Both the position numbers and the translations under genes were made by a program. Below are positions 28,326 to 41,966 of a DNA stretch of 64,000 nucleotides, one piece after another; within the stretch, counting starts at the first letter, position 1, and each line of letters opens with the position of its first letter. This stretch comes from Cirrosporium novae-zelandiae (lineage: Eukaryota). The notes under the pieces are model-generated. The model was not told the DNA's origin, made no database searches, and saw only the letters and a program-made list of their open reading frames with translations. The DNA lies in contig JAPETS010000018.1 of the NCBI GenBank assembly GCA_026023565.1, positions 496,001-560,000 of the forward strand, read 5' to 3'.

Positions 28326-29805
28326 ATGGGTTCCTTTAAGGTTATTATTGCTGGAGGTAGTATTTCAGGTCTTACCTTGGCTCTCGCTCTCGAGAGAGCC
28401 GGTATCGACTTCATTGTGCTGGAAAAAGGCAATGAGATCGGTCCCCAGCTGGGTGCTTCACTCGGCTTGCACCCACATTCTCTCAAGGTTTTGGATCAAT
28501 TGGGAGTATGGAAGGGTCTCGAGAAGACAATTGTTCCGTTGATGTGGAGGAAACATTTTGATTGTACCATGAAATGTTTCGAGGAATCAGTAGTCCTGGA
28601 AAAAATATATCAAAAGTATGCTTTGCCTTTTTTCCTCGTCAGGAATCCCTGATTTATCTTGTTAGCTACTGAGTATGTTGAAATGAATAATTTGAAGATT
28701 AGGCCGCCCAATTATTTTCTTAGATAGGCAAGCCGTCATCAAGGCTTTGCATGCCAAAATTTCAGACAAATCCAAGGTCCTTAGCAGCAAAGGGATCGAT
28801 TCCTACGAAGAAACCGAAACTGGTGTTCGCGTCACCACCAGAGATGGAAGCACCTACGAAGGAGACATCCTCGTTGGAGCCGATGGTGTCCATAGCACCG
28901 CACGAAAGTTGATTTCGGAGGCCTACAAGAAAGACGGAGATGCCGAGTTGAGTCAAGCATTGGATACTGGATATGAATGCAACTATAAATGCATCTTTGC
29001 CATTTCCCGCAACGACCCAAAGTTCGACATGCCAGATGGTTGGGTATATAATGCCTACTTCACAGGCCACTCTACAGTTGCTGCGACAGGCGTTCCCGGG
29101 ATTATATATTGGTTCCTCTTTGTCAAGTGCCCGAAGACGCAGCGACCGAACTGCCCCAACTATACCGAGGAAGATTGTAGTGCACTCATTGACCAATATG
29201 GAGACGTGAAGATGTGCCCACAGTTTACAGTTAGGGATCTCTGGGATACCAGGAACCAAGCCATTCTTACGTCGCTCGAAGAGGGTGTCATGAAGAAGTG
29301 GAGTAAAGGGCGAACCGTTCTTTGCGGCGATGCCATTCACAAGGTACATTTATTTCTCAATCCCATTATCCAGTCTAGAGAACTTATCGATACCTAGTAC
29401 ACCATAAACGCCGGCCTAGGAGGAAACACCGCCATCGAAGATGTCAGCCACCTCGCCAACATGCTCAACGCCCTCATAAAAGAAACTCCCAAACCCACCT
29501 CCACCCAACTCACAACTCTCTTCGAAGCATACGAGAACCGCCACCACGCCCGCGCCTCGCTAGTCCACAGCGTCTCCCATCACATCACCTGCTACGAGGC
29601 CCAAGAATCCTGGCTCTACCGAATCGGCTCCTGGGTTTCGCCATGGGTAAACGACGAAAAGAAAGCGGAGGCATATGCAAATTTCTCGAGGCAGGGACCT
29701 TGGTTGGATTATCTACCCGTGGAGGAGTTGGATCCAACAATCCTCAGCAAAGCTGCTGCTGCCGCCCCTCAGGGGTCCGTAGGTCTTTTTCACTCTTTTA
29801 TCTAA
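28326..29805 (+). CDS. FAD-dependent monooxygenase (group A flavoprotein), 3 exons
   Basis: KVIIAGGSISGLTLA Rossmann motif, LVGADGVHS, and LCGDAIHK|YTINAGLGGNTAIED. Confidence 0.9.
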
Positions 29806-31134
29806 TAAAAAACCCCCCCATTTATGCTAACTACTAGTCTCCAGAAATAAAAATACGACCGGCGACGCCTCCATCTCTACCTCAAAGACAACAGGCTTGA
29901 TTCTAGGCACGACGGCCATGCTTGCGGTTGCGGGAGCGGCTTTCTGGACCCGTTGGCAGAAGTAGAGTTGGATTGAGATTTAATAGTTCCAGAGAGAATT
30001 TTTTTTTTTGGTACCTCGTTTTTTTGTGTTCATATTGGGGATGTAAATAGCTTCTTCCGACACCTAAACTGATTTTAATTTCGTCCTTGTTTGTCGTCAT
30101 ATTGTCATCGTCATTATTACACCTTTCATCTGCAACGCATCTACCTATGCTCTATACTACCCATCCATCCATTCCATAACCTCTCCCTCTCCCCCTCCCC
30201 TTCTCCCCTGCTGAGTTACGCACTACACCATGCTCAATATGACATCCAATGCTAGGTTACTCAGTAACCCAGTCACCTTTTGATAACTCAACGTCCCCTC
30301 TTCTCTCCCTATCCTCCTCTTATTGCCGGGATATTATACAGAAATACCCGCCAACCAACCACAGGTAGATAGGTATAGTAGGTACTATCAGTAAATTGGA
30401 ATTTTGAATATCGAAGTTTGAGTATTGGATACTAATAAAATTTTATTACTTACTGTATGCTGGTGATGGTGATGGTGTAAGTGATGGATAGGGAAGGGAA
30501 GGGAAGGTATGGAGGTATGGAGATATAAAGATAGAAGACTTCTTTTTAGTACTCTACTCTCCTCTCCTCTACTCAAATACCTACCTAGGTACTCCACACC
30601 TTTATTTTATTTTTTATCCCACTCTCCCTTCGTCCCTTTGTCCACCCCCTCCTCTCTCCCTTTCCCCCTTCTTTCTCTCTCTCTCTCACTACTACTATCC
30701 ACCCCACCCCCCCCCCCAAAAAATAAAAATAAAAAATAGGAAAATAGTAATAATAAAAATGCTTTACGGATCTCATAACCCTTATAACCTTTTAATCTTT
30801 GGACTTCTAAATCCTGACAGGGACACGGATATGGGGAACGGGGGACATACAGCATATACATAGTACATGTCCCCCAGCCATATCCCCCACGCCAAACCCT
30901 CTCTCTCTCAGCAAACGCCAAAAAGCCAAGAGGGAACCCTTACCTTCCACATCCACATCCACATCCCCCCTCCTCCTCCTCTACCCTACCCTAAATCACC
31001 TTCAGCAAAACCCCGAAACCCCCCAAAAAGCCCATAGGGAACGTTACCTTACTATAGTACTATGCTTACTATGCTAGTATAATAGTCCTGAGAGAAAAAA
31101 AAGAAAGAAAGGCTCAATACTCATCCCCTTTTCT

Positions 31135-31165
31135 CGGAATGCGGAATGCGGAATGCGGAATGCGG
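31135..31165. repeat. (CGGAATG)4 tandem repeat
   Basis: Direct reading of the sequence. Confidence 0.85.
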
Positions 31166-31876
31166 GACGTGATAATGATGATGGATTCTGGATTCTGGAT
31201 AGGGACGTCAGGATAGAATAGGGCTTTTTAAGGTGTCTTACCTAGGTAGATAGATAGATTGTTAAATTATTAAGGGAGGGAGTGTGTGTGTGTGTGGATA
31301 TGTGAGTATGTTGGGTAGATTATGTGTGAGGGTCCCTTGGATTCTTTGTGGGTTGGTTGATTGGTTGGTTGGACGGTATTAGTTAACCTTAACCCCTCGT
31401 TGCCCTTCCCTTCCCCTCCTTCCCTCATTCCCTCCCTCCCTCCTCCTACTAAAAATACCTATAGCTATCCCGAAGGGGGGGGGGGGGGTTATTAACAGAA
31501 ATGTGTAAATTACACCATTTTAATACTATTAGTCTATTATACAACCAAAATCCTACCCCTTCGTACCCCTCTTTGCAGCAAGCTATAAGCTTACTGTACC
31601 TGGTCCGTTAGATAGTGAGGTTAGTAAGATAGGGTTAATCATGACCTTATAAGGCTAGAAGGCTTATAACCTAGGATTTTGGAATTTGAAATTTGGAACT
31701 CTAGAATGGCGTGAAAATAATAGGGATGGGAATGGAGATTAAATATATAGGTATATGTAGATGGATGTATATATATATGAATACATAGCTAGAGGGAGAG
31801 TATGATGGTATGACTTACCCCTCCCTACCCTACCTACCTACCTACCTACCTATTTAGGTGTCTAATCATATTGAAC

Positions 31877-31970
31877 ACATACATACATACATACATACAT
31901 ACATACATACATACATACATACATACATACATACATACATACATACATACATACATACATAAATACATAC
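31877..31970. repeat. (ACAT)n microsatellite, more than 20 units
   Basis: Direct reading. It accounts for the spurious YIHT and MYVC ORFs. Confidence 0.97.
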
Positions 31971-33588
31971 ACCCAACCTCCAAGTCATTTCCAACGCTCT
32001 TCAATCCCCCACTCCTAGCCAATGTATCCATCTATTCATCCATCCCTATTTTAAGATCTTCCTCTTCGTCCTTGTCCTTGCTTATTAAAAGATTTAAATT
32101 ATTATTATGGAATATTGTACTAATTTGGGCTGTTTGGAGTAGTAAAGGAGTGGTAAAGGAGTAGAGGATTTTGATTTATTATTTATTTAGGTACTTAGGT
32201 TATCTAGGTAAGTAGGCAGGTAGGTAATTGTTGCAGTTATTCCATTTATGAGATGTAGGTCATATTATGGCAGAGTAGGTCGACAAGCCCTACTTTGTCA
32301 TATACAGTCTCGCCCTAAAAAAATGATACTTGCTTTTTTTTGGATATAAATGCGAGCGAGTTATGGATGATCATCCTTTATTATTCTAGACTGACTATTT
32401 AATCTATTTACCAATTGAAAGCTTTTGTCCACGAATTATTTTATATTCCATACATACGTGCATTATACGAACATCATGAATAGAAGCTTTAGTCTCCTAT
32501 TTGGCTTCTTCCTTATGCCTAAATCCTGAAAGTTCGTACACTCCATGAGCATGCAGATCCGCTCTACCACAATATAAACTAGACTAGGTGGATAGGTGGA
32601 TGGATGGATAGGTAGGTCTCTCAATCTTTTTTTTTTTTTTTTCTCTTGTTTTCCTTCATTCTTGCCCTCGTAAATCCCTCTCTCATACTATCCCTCCCTC
32701 GATCCTAGGATCTCCGATTACCTTTCTTTCTTTTTCTTTCTATTTCTTTCTTTCCTCTTTTTTTCATTCTCAGTATCCAAGCATGTCCTATACATATACA
32801 TAATTCCTATATTATTATACTTACCTACCCACCACCTATTCAACTAAACATAACCCCATCCCCATCCCCCTCAACCATAAAAAAAACGCACTTGGGAATT
32901 AGTAACGTAACTCTGACCCAGAAGTCGAACAACAACAACAACTAGAAGTTTAATCATTTCATTCCACACCAAAATTTGGTTCTTTGCCCATATACTATAG
33001 TCTATATAAAAGCTAGCGGAGCTGGGAGTAAATCGGACATAACCTTTTTTGGTGAAAAGAAGTGACCGGACTCCCGGTTCGGTTATGTTATATAGTAGGT
33101 AGGTAGTAGGATTACTTTGTTATTTATTGGTTAAGGTTTTGAGATATAAATATTATGGTAGGTCAAGTTTGAGGCTGTTTGGGTTTGTGTTTTTTTGTAC
33201 TTTTTTTTTGACGGGGTGGGAGTGGGGATATTATATTAGCGAAATAGACTGTTTTATTTTGTTTGGCTTGTTGGTTTGTTTGTTTGGTGGAGGCTTTTAG
33301 TAGTAGTAGTAGGATTTTAACAAATTTAAGAAGGCGGGGGGGAGGGGAAAAATCAGTTTAATTTATTAGGAGCAAGTAGGGTTGCTTGCTGCGAGATCGT
33401 TGCGTTCTGTGCGAGAAAAAAAAATACACTTGGCTTTTTAGGAAATAAAGAAATATTTCCCTCCTCTTTCATCTCAGATCTCTACCACCCAGCCTTCTTC
33501 CTTCCCCACAATGCATCTAGCAACCCCAGCTTTCTCCACCCCCCTCACCCTCACCAACCCCCTTTCAAAAACCTCTATACCTCACGCC

Positions 33589-34023
33589 TCACTTATCACA
33601 GGTACTGCAATCTCCACACTATGCACCTCTATCTCTTAAATAAAACTAGCCATTCCTATTCACAGCTAAATAGCAATTCCTATACGCAGGGTACTCAAAA
33701 TCTGTAACCGCGCTCTGGGAATCTCGATTGGACCAAAACCTGAAGTGATATTTGCCGCCGTTGGCGGAGAAGCGCCCGCCATAGTAATTTGAGCAGTCTG
33801 GGTCTAGCTTGAAGTAGGCGTAGTTGAGCACAGTGGCGTAATTGTTGTTGTAGCCGCCGCCGGTGTAGGTTTAGAAGTGGGTGCTTACGGTCGTGCGGCG
33901 GGAGAGCGCTTCTGCGAGCGATGTGTCTACTGAGCTGTCGGCGATGGGGTTGCTGAGGACTGGGGGGGTGGCTGAGAGGATTGCTAGCATACTGAGAAGG
34001 AGAGGAGCTGTGGAGGCTCACGT
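33589..34023 (-). pseudogene. Pseudogene of a small secreted Cys-containing protein (signal peptide, pro-peptide, Kex2 site)
   Basis: A single frame reads T*ASTAPLLLSMLAILSATPPVLSNPIADSSVDTSLAEALSRR-TTVSTHF*TYTGGGYNNNYATVLNYAYFKLDPDCSNYYGGRFSANGGKYHFRFWSNRDSQSAVTDFEYPAYRNCYLAVNRNG*FYLRDRGA*CGDCSTCDK*. Premature stops are at 34018, 33871, 33646 and 33619. Confidence 0.7.
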
Positions 34024-35220
34024 GCGAGTGGGATTGGTTAGTGTGTGGGTGCTATGATGGAAGAGGGTCAAAGTTGGCCATTTTTAAAAGGTGGGTGTGT
34101 TGGTTGATTTTATCGTGTTGTGAGAGTATATTCAATTGTTTAAATGATGACGGGAGAGTCTCTGAGATATATTTTGAGTCGGATGGGGAGCAGGGCTCTT
34201 CCTTTATAAACTGCTAGCCGTCGATGGCCAAGCAAGTTCGAGGCTTCTGCTTTGAAGCCTACAAGAAAAAGGCCCAGAAAGTGGAATCTTCAGCATTACA
34301 ATTGCCCCACGGCGATCAAGACGATTTCCCCCAATGGCTCAGGATGCTCAATTCTCATAGGTCAAAAGGTCTCACGTAGAGATAGATCCCCATGTAACCA
34401 GTCAATGTTTCTCAATGCATACTCCAGTGCATAAGCAACGACAACTGAAACGGAACGTTATATGTCGATATCATCAAAAATGAATAAAGGGAGTCGGATC
34501 GAGGTATTCCAGCAACTTCCTAAACATCATAAGACCACTGCCGGTTATAGAAAAGAAAGCATCTGTGCCAAGAGGGACAAAATGTCAGCATTTTTAAGAG
34601 AATTTATATGTCGGGTTGTTGATAAGCATCGCCCAGCCTTTTTCGGGGCTGTGTAACCGTAGGTCCTTGGGGAAGATATTGGCCCTCGCGGTACTGGAAT
34701 ATTGAGCCATAGCCTATAAGTAACTTCTATTTTCCGGGCAACGTCGATCGAAAAGTAAGATCTGGAGTAGGAGGCGAAAATACGCATCATTTGGCCCGTG
34801 CCTTGTAACAGAAACTACTACCTCGGAGTTTAGGTCAAACGTTTTATCGCTTTCGTCAATCCTTGCAATATCGTGACCACAGAACCAGGCCCAACTTCTT
34901 CAATTGAGTGGAGTCCATTCACCATGGCGGTGCGTACCTTACGGATTTGTACGATTCTCAAACACAACCAGAAGAAAGTGTTTCTGACAGGGAATTTTAA
35001 GTCAAAGGAACCTATACTTGGCATCCCTGTGAACAATCATACCAAAAAACCCCAAACAGTCCAACAATCTCAAAGGACAGGTGAAGCCTGAAGTTAGATC
35101 AGGAGATTGTCATGAATCTTACAAAGCTGGTCAAAGTCGATCGATGCCCAAGAAATCTCGGTTTCCTTTTGTATACAAGGGTAAGCATCACATCTCTCAT
35201 CATGAGGTAGCATGGTTATG

Positions 35221-36657
35221 TCATGCGAAACCTAGCCTTTCGTGTGACCTTTCCCTATCCGAGTCCGCCAAGCTCTCCCCCTCAACCTCGATAGTAATAT
35301 CCCTGCGGATATCCCCTTTACCCCAGTCCGGCTTCTTGTTAAGTGCCCTTTCGTCGCTATCCGGGCTTTGGCCCCTTTTCTTGTTAAATTTTAGGTCAAA
35401 TCCAGGCTTTTTTCCATCTGGGCTCAACCCACTGATGGATCCACCACGCACCGTAGTATTAATATTGGAGAGCTGGTGACCAGTTGTGTACTTGGACCGA
35501 CGAGTGCCCGTTGGGTTGGAGGAGGTACCTCTGCGGACGTATGATGGTATTTTGGAAGGTTTAGATGAGACACTCCGGAAGAATGGTACCCATTCGCGAA
35601 GGAGAGGCCAAATTAGCGGCAGGTTTGCTACATAGACGGCGACGCTAGCTTCGCGAAAATACCATAACATATAGGAAGGGTCGTAGACATTGGCGAGATT
35701 AAAGACCTTTGTGAGGATGGCAGCAGTAATCTAAGCAGGGTTAGAAGGGGACGTAATAATACAGATACAGGACTTACAACAAAAACACCCATACCAAAAA
35801 CTAGGCTGAGTACGATTTTCTGCTTCAAGGGAACTTTGACGGCGACAACTATAGGCAACGGAATAAGACCTATGAAAAAATCGCTCGATATATTGAAGCA
35901 TGCCTGAACGATAGCATAATGTTCCAGAGTTGTGCATTGAGAATTGGGCGGAGGCACTGCCCAGTACCCCTTAAAGGGCCGACAAGCAGTGAAGAAAGCA
36001 ATCTCGGTAGCCGTCCAGCCTGTCGCTACGTAATAAGACATGACTGTCACTGCCAGACGTTGCCTCGTGTTCATCCTGCCAAAATGTCAGCTTCTCTAGT
36101 CCATTACCTATGAATTTAGGACAACGGACGTAAGACGACTATACATGATGAGCAAGCAGACTTTTAGTGTATAGATTACGTTTAGCATAGCCTGTTAATA
36201 GTCAGATCCTAGTCAATAATCATTTAGAGAATGTAGAGTTACCTGCTCCGACACTATAACAATCTTAGAGCCCAATATCCGATCCTTAATCTCTTCCTTG
36301 GTGAACGAAGCATACTCTGCTGGGGGGAACAGATTGCTTCCACCGCCAGCAACAATGACGTTCAAGGAAATAACTAGTAGAGTATACCACATCTGGTATA
36401 AAAATTAGAGAAATGGTCTTTTCATATGATAGGGTCCCGACAAACCGTAGCTGCAACCATTAAGTAATCGTCAGGGGCAAGTCCACGGAATCCCGATTTA
36501 CGTAGACGGGCATAACTAGAAAGAAGCGTCAGCATGGAAGAGACGGAATTGAAAATGGAACGTACAATCGGAGTAAAATAAGGCACATGCCAACGCTATA
36601 GAGACTCCATGTCCAAGCGATTAACTTGTGCTGAAAAGCCTCATCAAAGTTTCCCAT
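35221..36657 (-). CDS. Pth11-like (fungal rhodopsin-domain) integral membrane protein, multi-exon
   Basis: MGNFDEAF...WSLYSVG...YARLRKSGFRGLAPDDYLM, GSKIVIVSEQ, ACRPFKGYWAVPP...NISSD and WYFREASVAVYVANLP. Confidence 0.88.
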
Positions 36658-38924
36658 TGTAATACTTGAACAGTATTCTAGAATACCTTGAACCGAGGCG
36701 AATGGAAAAACTGAGAGGCGATATACGGAGTATATCAAAGCATGATATCAAGAATAGGATAAATATGTAGTAAATAGGAAAGGACTGCAACAAAGGAAGA
36801 GGAAAAAAGGTTGCCAGCCTTTGACGATAGAGGATAGAACATGGTCATATGTGTATCCCACCTAGAGATGTGGACCCCATGGCAGGAGGAATACCTCACA
36901 ATCAGTGGCATCGGACCGGTAGGATTAGCCCCGCTGTCAATGCCGTTTCATTAGCTTTCGAGACAGATGGGGAGATAATTTAAAATTGTGAACAGACAGT
37001 CCGTGAGTCGTGACAGACTGATGACAGTCAAAGCCTCCTGCGCAAGACTTGAAATCAATCCCTAAAAAGTTAGGGATCTTGGGTCGGGTCATTGACTGAT
37101 AAGCTCTGAGGCCAGGATACAACTTGGTAAGCTACTGGGGAATCATGGAAGGGATCCCAATTCGGGCAGATGTAACAGGCGCCTCGTCCGGCATCATACT
37201 CCGGGAGGGGCTCTCTGAAAGTATGGCCAATCGCACTTTTTTTAAAGACCGAGACTAAGCTGAGATTTTATCTCCTCCGCAGCTGTCAGCAATTCTTTCG
37301 TCTATTTACACGCCGCTCTGGTGCCATTGAAATTAGATGATACAGCCCTACAGAACATGTCGATCAGCACGTGTTCGGGATATTTTCATGTTTCCCTTAC
37401 TGTGGAAAATGCCTCGTCTGGAATGATGGCTTGGACCCTACTTGTTGGCTGAAGTTAAAGATTAATTGAACCGCTAACACCTGTACATGAGTCCGTGAAC
37501 GCGCGTACGAATTCGCAACTGAGTAGCTGGGTTGCATTAAGAACTTGCCAAGAATTTGAAATCATTCCTTTGCAAACGTTTTCCTCCCTAAGCCAACCCC
37601 GGTCGGTCGAGTCGAGCCAGTGTTTGGTAGTGAGAGGGTCGTTGGGGTAAGAAATGGCAATTCTAAATAAGATTCTAAGCTTAATCCGATTAGTCAGCGT
37701 TCCAGCCACTCAAATGACGCTTTTTGACAACAAAATCAAAGGGCCAAGTATTTAATAAATGTCTTTAATCTATCGATTCTTGGAGTTGACTTTCTTTGGA
37801 TATCTGTGAACTACCCGTTATCAGTCAACACAGCCATCTCTTGTGCCCTGACTGCGGATAGTTTTCCCGCTACAAAGTTAGCTTCCCTGGTACCCCTATA
37901 TACAGGGAGTAGCTTGCCATCCCCTTAACGCCGATTGGTCCGAGAGCACTTGGTTCAGGGAGACAAAGTGTCGTTGACAAAATCGAATCAAGTAATAAAG
38001 ATAATGATAAGATAGCCCCTAGAACCTGGGGAGAGATGAAAACTTTATCTGTATGGCAAATCACAATTACGCACATCAGACCACTGACTAGCTCACCGCT
38101 GCACATGTTAAATCACTCGAGGCTCAATTGCAATCTGAATAAAACGCGGTTCATCTCATCGACCCGCGCTATTCTCAGAGCCGCTATACAAAGGGTCTTA
38201 AGGGGAGAAAAATGATAGGTGGCAAGAAAGTAATTATTGACTACACCATATCCACCTCTAACAAACAGCCTCGGCGCGTTGCCATGCCAGGACGCTTTGA
38301 CAGTTGAAGAAATATTTACCCCGATTGCTGATGCATCTCAACCTGAGCCATCTGATTACTCCCCTGTGTGATTTCTATACGTTGAAGATATTTGAAAGAC
38401 CCTGCGAATTGCCCTAGCTATAACCGACAAGTTTTTTTTTTTTTCATGTTACATAGCCTACAGCACAATTTACCCTTTTATTCTTCCATTTTAGTAATCT
38501 TTTTCTCTTTGCCATTCACTTATTTATTCATAGGGCCATTAATATGATGTCACCTACTAAGCAGTTCCTATCCTAGCTAGTGTATTTCACGCTTTACTCC
38601 ATTCCATTCTTTGTTTTGTGGGGATGGGATAAAAATAAACATGAATATAAATTAAGGAGGTTTCCCTACTTTTGATTGATTAACCAGAACAAATATTCCT
38701 TCGACAAATGTTCACCTTTACGGGGAATCATATAGAATAATATATTTAAGTTACAATAGTTCTTATATTATCCTGTATAGCCAGTACTGGTCACGACATC
38801 TCACCGACTAGCATTTAGCCATAATCGCCTACTTTACTTAAGCTTCTAAGGTCTATAGCTAACTGCCAACATACCACCAAGAAAGAAAAAAGAAAAAAAG
38901 CTGCAAGTTTCTTGACTGCGTTTA

Positions 38925-39430
38925 ATCACATGCAATTAAATGAACAATCTGTCAACTGTACTACCTCCCACGTACGTTGCTATCGCACCTTAGCCTCTAT
39001 CCTGATTTGCAACATCTCGCTCACCTGCGCTTCTTCGGAATTAAGTCTAGGATCGGCGATGCTTGCGCAATCGACGCCTCCACCTTGGTTGGTTAGCTAT
39101 CTTCAAATCTTTGGTTTGCCTGGAATGACGCCTCGAATGGTCTGATGGGTTTCGATGTGGTGTCTTTTTTCCAAAATATTTTCATGTGTTTTCGTCCTCG
39201 GTCAGAACCTCGGAACTGTGGTCTAGTTCTCATTTATCGTGTTTCGGTTTATATTTTCCTTGCCGAATTTAGTTACCTTGTTGTTGTTGGGTATCGATTT
39301 GCCTCACGAGATCAGTCCGTAATTATCCAAGTGCCTCTCCAGTCCGTGCGTAATGCGCAGATCCTTCCAAGTTTGGATCAATTTCAATTTATACAGGCAG
39401 TGCTAAGAGGCCTAAGCCATGCCCACTTAT
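38925..39430 (-). pseudogene. Possible decayed gene relic
   Basis: Protein-like translation broken by stops and a frameshift: HGLGLLALPV*IEIDPNLEGSAHYARTGEALG*LRTDLVRQIDTQQQQ...NQGGGVDCASIADPRLNSEEAQVSEMLQIRIEAKVR*. Confidence 0.3.
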
Positions 39431-40714
39431 ATGGATGTTACATAGATTATGGCAAGGAAACAAGCGGAAATAAGTTAAGAATAGTATCGTAAGGCTTCGT
39501 TTCTTGTTAATTATAAGGGTCCAGAAAATGTGTTTTATATAGGAAAAAGTACAGGGGCGACATATGGACAAGAAAATGAATGATGCATCATAAGGAAAAT
39601 TTTTAAAGAAAATTCAACGGTGAGCTTTGACTTCGTTTTCTGGTTGAGTTGAGGTTAGAGTTTGGGGTAAATGGAGGGATATGATGTGGTACGTATATGG
39701 GTATTGCTGCCCCTGACATGTTCTCGAGAATGTATTGACTCAGAATGTCTTTCTTTCGATGAGGATGAGTGGGTAACACACTGGGTTTCCTTTGGGATAT
39801 AAATATTGTAACTAGTGGTTCAGCCTAGAGGATATCACGTAACGATGGAGATGGGAGACGAAGATGGATTTGGATCCAAATGTATTGGAATAGGAGATTG
39901 CGGGTAGATTTAAGGGAAACGAGTAGATAAGGTTATATATGCGGTCATCAGTTAAGCGGTTGTCGCATAGAGCGTCTGGGATGCAATATATATACCCCAC
40001 CTCGGCGGTTAGAACTTAAAAAGCATACCGTTCACCCATGGGCCAAACCGTGCCCTATCAGCGAGGAATGGAGTTTATTTCGTACTACTTGATTAAGTGT
40101 TGCTTTGTACGTAAGAGGTCATTTACTCAAGTAGGATAGACGCTTAGATGTACTGTGGATAGACCAATTATTTCATGCTGTACTCGAGTATGTGCAACGA
40201 TGTGGAATTATCTATGTTGTGTACAATTTCCTATTCAGACAAAGGCTACCCGTTCTTGAAGCTTGGCACAGCCGCTTCTTCAACATTGTGTACGGGTCCT
40301 CGGATGTAGACTTATATCTTTATTCCGAAACAGCCTTATTATATCCCTGCTGGAAACCACAAAATCAAAAGGTATGACGTATATAATTTTTCGGGAATTT
40401 AGCTGTCGCACGAGATAATACGGTATGCTGATAATCTATAAAACAATTCCATATTCATTGTGATACCATGATATAGATACTGTAGCATGCTGCGCATACA
40501 TACTATTGTAGACATAATCCGAATGCTCAGATGAATTAATTAATTAGTCATCATTCTCTCCTCATTTCTTTTCCTTTATATTTCATATCTACATTTCAAC
40601 CTTTCATTTCCTTTCCCAGCTATACACTCACTACACCTACATGCACTGTGACATACGTGTACGCATACACACATTCACTTGCAATACATACAACCCCCCC
40701 AACTGCCTCCTTCC

Positions 40715-40764
40715 ACATACGACCATAAGTTCCAGAGAACTAGACATTTCGTCCGCTCTGCCAT
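40715..40764 (+). pseudogene. Truncated 5S rRNA pseudogene (first 50 nt only)
   Basis: ACATACGACCATAAGTTCCAGAGAACTAGACATTTCGTCCGCTCTGCCAT aligns without gaps to nt 1-50 of the intact 5S at 42637. No 3' half was seen. Confidence 0.85.
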
Positions 40765-40948
40765 GCTGCTGGTAAGGCAGGGAGGAATAATGAAAATCAC
40801 TACCAAAAGTTCCGCCAAGACCTTAACTTGTATAATTATATAATCATTAACTGACCGATCAAGTCCTTGCTTTATCATATGACCGACTCCGAAGGCGGCT
40901 TTCACTTCCTCTAGTGCATTATAAAAGTCCTGGGAAGTTTAATGCAAG

Positions 40949-41076
40949 CAGCGTTAGGAATAGACCAGACCAGCCAGACCAACCCCTTCGTCTAATCGGT
41001 CTATAAAAATCAGAGGCTTGGTCTAGTCTGCTAGACTGATCACTTCTATTGGTCTGGTTGGCCTATAGAGACAGTG
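40949..41076. mobile_element. Degenerate MITE-like element, copy 1
   Basis: Starts CAGCGTTAGGAATAGACCAGACC and ends GGTCTGGTTGGCCTATAGAGACAGTG. AGACC/GGTCT motifs are shared with 58325-58467. No TSD seen. Confidence 0.55.
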
Positions 41077-41966
41077 TCAAAGGAAGAACTTAAAAAGCCT
41101 CTTCACGGTATCATCATCCCCTTTGCACCTTTCGTCGAAAAAATCCTTGACGAAGAAAGACTTTTTGTCAGTCAAGTTCGGGAATGGTTCTCGGCAAAAA
41201 AAAAAACAAGCAAACACCTGTCTTGACATTTTATAGGTAGGGGTCATGAGGAATGCGCCACGCATCCTCCCAGTACCCTAATTCCCTAATATAATTGTTC
41301 TGATGACCGCCTTTCAGGCTCTAACTGAAGTCCTCACTTAACCAAATGGAGCCATAAGCACAGCCTTAAGACGTTATGGCCTTCCCTGATAGCTAAGATA
41401 TATGTATGGTGCAGCCTTATGGGTCTTATGAGCCAACCATCTTTTCCTTGTGTTGGGCATCTTTACATGCACTAAATCTTGGATTCAACGTTGTGTGCAT
41501 CACATTCTAGGCGACAGTTGAGGGGTAATGTACTGCACCAAAATCAATTGATATGTTCAGAGGTGATTGGTTTGTTTCCGTCATATGATTGCCTTTGGTA
41601 GCCTTACGCGGGGCAAAGGAGGGGAAGGGGAGAAAGGGGGAGAGGGGGTGATAGGAATCACACCTGGCATTGAATGAGAAAGAAAATATAAGAGCTTCTC
41701 TATATCTCCCCTATCTGATGATATTCCTCCTTGATCATTTCCCGACAAACCAACTTCTTTTATATATAAAAACGCCTTCCGAACCCCCCCCTCTACCATC
41801 AAATTTCTGTGCTATAGGATTCATTTTGCCTGCTTGCCTCTTACTAAACTACGGCACATCCACTCGTAAGTTCTTATCGTTATCATCATCCCAAATTCAT
41901 TTATGAAAACAACCTGATTCATTCCCTAGCACGCAAACCCCATCTTGCCACCCACCGAAAGCAAAC

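Noticed and set aside
31846..32164. ORFs with YIHT and MYVC repeats
   Set aside because: Translations of the (ACAT)n microsatellite.
33589..34023. Premature stops as A-to-I editing-rescued codons
   Set aside because: The stops are a mix of TGA, TAA and TAG, and several fit Arg/Gln (C-to-T) better than Trp. Simple decay is more parsimonious.
40715..40950. 5S-derived SINE (SINE3)
   Set aside because: The 5S part stops before the internal promoter boxes are complete. No tail, TSD or second copy is visible.
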